DNA from: Treponema sp.
GTDB lineage: Bacteria > Spirochaetota > Spirochaetia > Treponematales > Breznakiellaceae
Direction of reading: 5' to 3'
Assembly (NCBI GenBank): GCA_031274565.1
Contig: JAISPY010000120.1
Span: forward strand, 1-31,830
DNA: 31,830 bases
Below the pieces are notes generated by a model. That model was not told the DNA's origin. It did not search any database and worked only from the letters and a program-made list of their open reading frames with translations. A program made the translations under genes and the position numbers. Below, piece by piece: positions 27,542 through 31,830 of the stretch (position 1 is its first letter; each line of letters begins with the position of its first letter).

Positions 27542-28055
27542 GTGAACCATCCTTCGATAAAAGCCCGGCCAAGCGCTCCCGGGCTCTAAATACCCGAACT
27601 TTTACATTTCCCTCACTAATACCCAAGGCACGTCCAATTTCTTTATAATTCAACTCACCATATTCTTTTAATATCAATACAATACGCAAATTTTCCGGTA
27701 ATTTTTCCAGGGCTTGCTGCACTTCCACCTGCGTTTCTTGGTTAATCAGCACCTGCTCTCCGGTCTCTGCAACCCTGGTATCCTCACGGAAGGCCTTTTG
27801 ATATGCCTTCCGTTCCCGCTCTTTACGTTTAGCATAATTGAGCGCGGCGTTTTTAACTACCCGGATAAGCCAATATTTTGCTTCTTCGGCATTCGGAAAA
27901 ACCATATTTTTTTCGTACAGTCGAAAAAAAGCCTCCTGGCACAGATCCTCCGCCGCTTCTTCGCTGTTGGCAATACGATAGGCAACCCTAAAGAGTATCG
28001 GGAATACCGTATGATACAGTCTACGGAATTCCGTCATAGATGCCTTATCATCCAT
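27531..28055 (-). CDS. ECF RNA polymerase sigma factor (sigma24/RpoE-like)
   Basis: Region 2 (AEDLCQEAFFRLY...WLIRVVKNAALNYAKR) and region 4 (LEKLPENLRIVLILKEYGELNYKEIGRALGISEGNVKVRVFRARERL). Start uncertain: 28067 TTG, 28055 ATG or 28037 ATG. Confidence 0.93.
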   Translation of the reverse strand: MDDKASMTEFRRLYHTVFPILFRVAYRIANSEEAAEDLCQEAFFRLYEKNMVFPNAEEAKYWLIRVVKNAALNYAKRKERERKAYQKAFREDTRVAETGEQVLINQETQVEVQQALEKLPENLRIVLILKEYGELNYKEIGRALGISEGNVKVRVFRARERLAGLLSKDGSHVS

Positions 28056-28116
28056 AGCTAAAAACAAGTTGGGGCCTCAATCGTTACACCCTGCCGGTAT
28101 GCGGAGGGGACCGGTT

Positions 28117-29541
28117 TTACCCACGCCGCCATACCGTTCCGGCGGGCCTGTCTTCCAGGATAATGCCCTGTTCTTTTAAGGTCTGCCGGATCTGATCCGC
28201 TCGGGCAAAATCCCGAGCTTTTTTTGCCGCCGCCCGTTCCGCGATCAATCCTTCAATCGCCATACGTTGCTCCGGAGTTTCCGTCGGGGTCTGGGGTTCC
28301 GTTGCTCCTGCCAGGTTAAGCCCCAATACTTCGTCCATGGTGAAGGCCACCTTAAGCGCTTCCTCAGCCCCTACCGCAGGGTCCCGGAGGAGTCCCCAGA
28401 GTTCGGCCAAACCCCGAGGGGTCGCCAGATCATCCTCCAGCGCGGCGTTGAAAGCCGCGAGGTACGTCTCGGCCTTGCCTTGGGTAAGCGGGGGAGCAGG
28501 ATCCCCCCGGGCTTTCATCCGATCTCTGATACGATCCAGGAGGGATTTCCGGGCATTATGGGCACTTTCCAGGGCTTCATAGGAAAACTGCACCTGGTTC
28601 CGGTAGTGAGCACCCAAAAGAAAATACCGGTAATCGAGGGGATCATACCCTGCGTCGATGAGGTTTTGAAGGGTCAGGAAATCCCCGGCGGATTTGGACA
28701 TCTTACCCTTATCCAAAACCAGGAATTCGTTGTGGATCCAGTACCGTACCCAGGGATGGTTCCCTGTGGCGGCTTCGCTTTGGGCAATCTCATTGGTATG
28801 ATGGATGGACACATGGTCGATGCCCCCGGCATGGATATCAAAGGTTTCCCCCAGATATTTGATGCTCATGGCGGAACATTCGATATGCCAGCCCGGATAG
28901 CCCCGCCCCCAGGGGCTGTCCCATACCATGGCCTGCTGTTCAAATTTACTCTTGGTGAACCAGAGGACAAAGTCCTGGGGGTTTCGCTTGTTTTCATCCG
29001 CTCCGACTCGGGCCACGACCTTCTGGTCATCCAGACGCAGTCTGCCCAGTTCCCCGTAGCCAGCAGACTTGGTGATATCGAAGTAGAGGTTCCCCCCGGC
29101 GCGATAGGTGAACCCCCGCTCCTCGATCCGTTGGATGAGGGCAATCATATCGGCTATATGCTCGGTAGCCTTACAGATCACCGTGGGCTTCTGGATATTC
29201 AGCCGTTCCGTATCTTGGAAAAAGCGCTGGGTATAGAGATCCGCCACTTCCCTGACGCTTTTCCCCCGTTCTTCCGCACTTTTGAGCATCTTGTCATCCC
29301 CCTCGTCGTTATCTCCGGAGAGATGCCCCACATCGGTGATGTTCATCACATGAGTTACGGTAAAGCCTGCCCGCCGCAGGGTCCTGACCAAGACATCGTG
29401 CAGTACATAGGCCCGGAGGTTCCCGATATGGGCGTAGTTATATACGGTGGGACCGCAGCCGTAGAAACCAACTCTTCCTGGATTGAGGGGTTCAAAGGGC
29501 TGTAAGGTCCGCCCTAGGGTATTGAATAAGGTAAGCGCCAT
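28117..29541 (-). CDS. cysS: Cysteinyl-tRNA synthetase
   Basis: [15 protein letters not shown] (HIGH), [30 protein letters not shown]...[15 protein letters not shown]. True start ATG 29541 (MALTLFNT) with GGAGG SD. Confidence 0.98.
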   Translation of the reverse strand: MALTLFNTLGRTLQPFEPLNPGRVGFYGCGPTVYNYAHIGNLRAYVLHDVLVRTLRRAGFTVTHVMNITDVGHLSGDNDEGDDKMLKSAEERGKSVREVADLYTQRFFQDTERLNIQKPTVICKATEHIADMIALIQRIEERGFTYRAGGNLYFDITKSAGYGELGRLRLDDQKVVARVGADENKRNPQDFVLWFTKSKFEQQAMVWDSPWGRGYPGWHIECSAMSIKYLGETFDIHAGGIDHVSIHHTNEIAQSEAATGNHPWVRYWIHNEFLVLDKGKMSKSAGDFLTLQNLIDAGYDPLDYRYFLLGAHYRNQVQFSYEALESAHNARKSLLDRIRDRMKARGDPAPPLTQGKAETYLAAFNAALEDDLATPRGLAELWGLLRDPAVGAEEALKVAFTMDEVLGLNLAGATEPQTPTETPEQRMAIEGLIAERAAAKKARDFARADQIRQTLKEQGIILEDRPAGTVWRRG

Positions 29542-29558
29542 GAAACCTCCGTTACTGC

Positions 29559-29586
29559 TTGCGCGACTCGTATATGCTACTATACT
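29559..29586 (+). promoter_or_regulatory. sigma70-like promoter of murB
   Basis: TTGCGC (29559-29564), N16, TATACT (29581-29586). ATGs at 29591 and 29597 have no SD. Confidence 0.5.
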
Positions 29587-29590
29587 GAAA

Positions 29591-30550
29591 ATGAGTATGG
29601 TTAGCTTACGGAAATTCATAGAAAAAATCAATACGGAAACGGGCTTTACCGGAGATCTCCGGTATGACGAGCCTTTGGCCCTGCATACCACGTTTAAGGT
29701 GGGAGGGCCTGCGGATCTGTGGATCAGGCCTGAAGCGGCCTGTTTCCTTGAGTATGGGGCATCCCTGCTCTGTCAGGCCAAAGCTGCATCCATTCCGGTC
29801 TTTATCTTGGGCGGCGGGGCGAATGTGGTAGTGGCAGATCAGGGTATCCGGGGCATTGTTCTGGATACCGGCGGCTGGTCGGGGACGTGCTTTGCCGGGG
29901 AGGAAGCCATCATCCGCTCTGGCACCCGGATCGATACGGCCTTGGAAACCTTGGCCGTGCACCAGCGGGGAGGGCTGGAATTCCTCGCGGGTATGCCCGG
30001 GTCCTTGGGGGGGGCGCTGTGGATGAACGCCCGGTGCTATGAAAAAGCGGTTTCCGAGGTATTAGTTGCCGCTGCATATCTGGATGAGCACTTCCGCCGG
30101 TCTCTTGCGCCCTATAAACCGGAGGATTACGGCTATAAGAAAAGCCCCTTCCAACGCCGGGAGGTCCTCATCCTCTCGGTCCGGGTGCGGACAAGCCCGC
30201 GACCCGAGGCGGCAATCCGGCGGGAAATGGCACACTACCATCTGGACCGGGAACAAAAAGGCCACTACCGTTTCCCTTCAGCAGGCTCTGCCTTTAAAAA
30301 CAACCGGGATTTTGGCAAGCCCACCGGGAAGATCATCGATGAATTAGGCTTACGGGGCCTCCGGATCGGCGGGGCCGCAGTGGCGCCCTGGCACGGCAAT
30401 ATCATCATCAACACCGGCAATGCCCGCGCCCAGGATATCCGCGCCTTAGTCCGCATCATCACCCTCCACGTCAAAAGCGCCCGGGGGATAGATCTGGAAC
30501 CAGAGATCTGTTTTGTGGGGGACTGGCCGGAAGAACCTCCCGACGGCTAA
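29591..30550 (+). CDS. murB: UDP-N-acetylenolpyruvoylglucosamine reductase
   Basis: EPLALHTTFKVGGPAD, ILGGGANVVVADQG, GLEFLAGMPGSLGGALWMNARCY, FPSAGSAFKN, HGNIIINTG and LEPEI motifs. Start 29591 or 29597; the track start at 29483 overlaps cysS. Confidence 0.97.
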   Translation: MSMVSLRKFIEKINTETGFTGDLRYDEPLALHTTFKVGGPADLWIRPEAACFLEYGASLLCQAKAASIPVFILGGGANVVVADQGIRGIVLDTGGWSGTCFAGEEAIIRSGTRIDTALETLAVHQRGGLEFLAGMPGSLGGALWMNARCYEKAVSEVLVAAAYLDEHFRRSLAPYKPEDYGYKKSPFQRREVLILSVRVRTSPRPEAAIRREMAHYHLDREQKGHYRFPSAGSAFKNNRDFGKPTGKIIDELGLRGLRIGGAAVAPWHGNIIINTGNARAQDIRALVRIITLHVKSARGIDLEPEICFVGDWPEEPPDG

Positions 30551-31056
30551 AAATCTTCGAGGGGGGAATCGGTGTCCATCAATTCCGGGAGGGTATACAC
30601 CAGGATACCGGATTTACGAACCCGAATTTCCGCGAATCCCTTGGAAACCAGGGCGTCCAGGTCTTTCTTTGCCTCATCCATGGAAATATTAGCCGCCAGG
30701 GCCACTTCACTGGCGGTAAGAATACCTTTGTTCTCTTTGGCCAATTTGAGGATGACCCGTTCCACGGTTTCTTTTTCTTTGACCACCTGGGCATTCCCGT
30801 CATACGCATACCGCCAGTGCTGCGGCCTATGTCGATACTGCATACTGCTGTGGTTAAAAAGAGCATTCCGAATATTCGCCTCCCGCACTTGCCCAGGGAG
30901 GGTAAAAAAATCGTAAATGGCCCCGACCATACCCAGTCCGCCGGTACACATCCAGAGGATACCCGTCGGGATTTTTCCCAAATAAAAACGATGGAAACCC
31001 AAAGCTCCGCATCCTGATATAAGCCAAAGCAAATATGCTATACCGACACTGTACAT
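30547..31056 (-). CDS. TM2-domain membrane protein with C-terminal winged-helix-like domain
   Basis: SVGIAYLLWLISGCGALGFHRFYLGK..TGILWMCTGGL.MVGAIYD.F.LP.QV (TM2). Tail ILKLAKENKGILTASEVALAANISMDEAKKDLDALVSKG. ATG 31056 from GGGGAGG SD. Confidence 0.85.
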   Translation of the reverse strand: MYSVGIAYLLWLISGCGALGFHRFYLGKIPTGILWMCTGGLGMVGAIYDFFTLPGQVREANIRNALFNHSSMQYRHRPQHWRYAYDGNAQVVKEKETVERVILKLAKENKGILTASEVALAANISMDEAKKDLDALVSKGFAEIRVRKSGILVYTLPELMDTDSPLEDF

Positions 31057-31114
31057 CATAACCTCCCCAAGCGTCTCAGACCTATTAAAAAGGGGCGCAT
31101 TAGGATCCGCGCAG

Positions 31115-31139
31115 GAATAACATGCTCTGCATGTTATTC
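31115..31139. promoter_or_regulatory. 11-bp perfect inverted repeat GAATAACATGC-tct-GCATGTTATTC, operator-like
   Basis: Direct match. Overlaps a possible minus-strand promoter: TTGTTA (31160-31155), N18, TAACAT (31136-31131). Confidence 0.55.
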
Positions 31140-31668
31140 TCATTACGTACACCATAACAAGATCATTCGGTCATGGTATTGCTGCGCGGGTCCTTACTAC
31201 GAAATTTTTCAATAACCTGGCTTTTTACGAGGAACTTCCCCCCATAGGATTTTGCTGTTCATTACTGACAACGTATGGTATAAGTATAGCAAGAGGAGGA
31301 ACCGGTGGCAAGTACCCGATCGGTCGCCCAAATCGTTGCAACCGGCTTTTTCAACGGTCCGGCCCCGGGACAACGTAACGGTCCGCATCAGACCTGACGG
31401 CAGCATGAATATTCTTGGAGAGGAAACCCGTTTCTCGTCCCCTATCTGCCACTACCAAAACAGGATCCATCAGATGTACATGCCCGATTAAAGCGGGACA
31501 GGGCTACTGCGTCTTGACCTTCTTTTCAGAGTAGCCGCATGTAAAATTGTATTTCTTTGTAGGATAAGGAATTAGGTATTTCTGTACCCCCTGTGGTGCA
31601 GCATTTCCGTATCCTACCATACATGAGCAAAGTAAATGCCGATGCCCTAACCTTCTTTTAGGGGGCGC

Positions 31669-31717
31669 TTGACATTATTAATAGAATGTTACTACAGTAG
31701 CTTATTTAACGTTAACG
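31669..31717 (+). promoter_or_regulatory. sigma70 promoter with a downstream palindromic operator
   Basis: Perfect TTGACA (31669-31674), N18, TACAGT (31693-31698), then TTAACGTTAA (31706-31715) overlapping CGTTAACG (31710-31717), then SD AGGAG (31730-31734). Confidence 0.6.
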
Positions 31718-31741
31718 ATTATACTATCCAGGAGATTTCGT

Positions 31742-31830
31742 GTGAAAAACGTTCCAGGTGTACGAGAGATAATCTTTATATACGCCACCCCCCCCCCTGC
31801 GGCCGGCTTGATTCCAATTCGGTGCTAGAA
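31742..31830 (+). CDS. 5' end of a gene interrupted by a C10 tract; terminates at 31828 in the present frame
   Basis: Promoter, SD and GTG 31742 read MKNVPGVREIIFIYATPPPAAGLIPIRC*. With one extra C the frame stays open to the window edge. Confidence 0.4.
31788..31797 (+). repeat. C10 homopolymer
   Basis: Counted directly: gcca-CCCCCCCCCC-tgcg. Confidence 0.9.

Noticed and set aside
28267-29505. 412-aa plus-strand ORF
   Set aside because: Entirely antisense to cysS with no recognisable motif; a shadow frame of a conserved GC-rich gene.
5438-30014. G7-G8 runs in flgE (5438-5445), flhG (18768-18775), murB (30007-30014) and elsewhere as phase-variable tracts
   Set aside because: They are shorter and fall in Gly-rich coding motifs, mostly of conserved or essential genes, so are explained by GGG codon use. 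They also serve as a caveat for the fliP G10 claim.
11421-31155. Extended ORF-track starts for fliO, flhB, flhA, flhG, cysS, murB and the TM2 gene
   Set aside because: Downstream starts fit SD positions and family N-termini better, and several extensions overlap neighbouring genes or promoters.
31619-31645. GCCGATGC as a sigma28 -10
   Set aside because: No matching -35; a better sigma70 promoter lies just downstream.
1-31830. CRISPR arrays, tRNA or rRNA genes, prophage or defence genes
   Set aside because: No regularly spaced repeats, cloverleaf or rRNA-like sequence, or such protein motifs were seen. Intergenic gaps are short.

Overview
Chromosomal DNA from a treponeme-like spirochaete; the taxon is inferred from FlbB, the FlgE lysinoalanine residues and an archaeal-type PyrH. 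(1) 1-1526: a mobile-element graveyard. An intact 1,244-bp DDE insertion sequence (17-bp TIRs, 5-bp ATCAT duplication) sits inside decayed remnants of another repeated element. (2) 1826-2473: a stand-alone CBS-ACT gene. (3) 2516-24057: a ~21.5-kb flagellar cluster behind a sigma28-type promoter: flbB-fliK-flgD-flgE-flbD-motA-motB-fliL-fliM-fliY-fliO-fliP-fliQ-fliR-flhB-flhA-flhF-flhG-orf-fliA-fapA-orf-orf. (4) 24052-31830: a minus-strand run cysS > ECF sigma > zinc anti-sigma > exported protein > IPT/TIG pseudo-transglutaminase lipoprotein > pyrH, then divergent murB, a TM2/winged-helix gene, and the promoter and 5' end of a gene containing a C10 tract. The most notable signals are an in-frame G10 tract in the fliP signal-peptide region (possible motility phase switch), an internal sigma70-like promoter predicted to give a leaderless fliM mRNA, an ECF/anti-sigma module with a catalytically altered transglutaminase-fold lipoprotein, and an orphan membrane protein ending in a FliF-C-like motif. 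All family assignments come from motif recognition by eye; no database searches were run.
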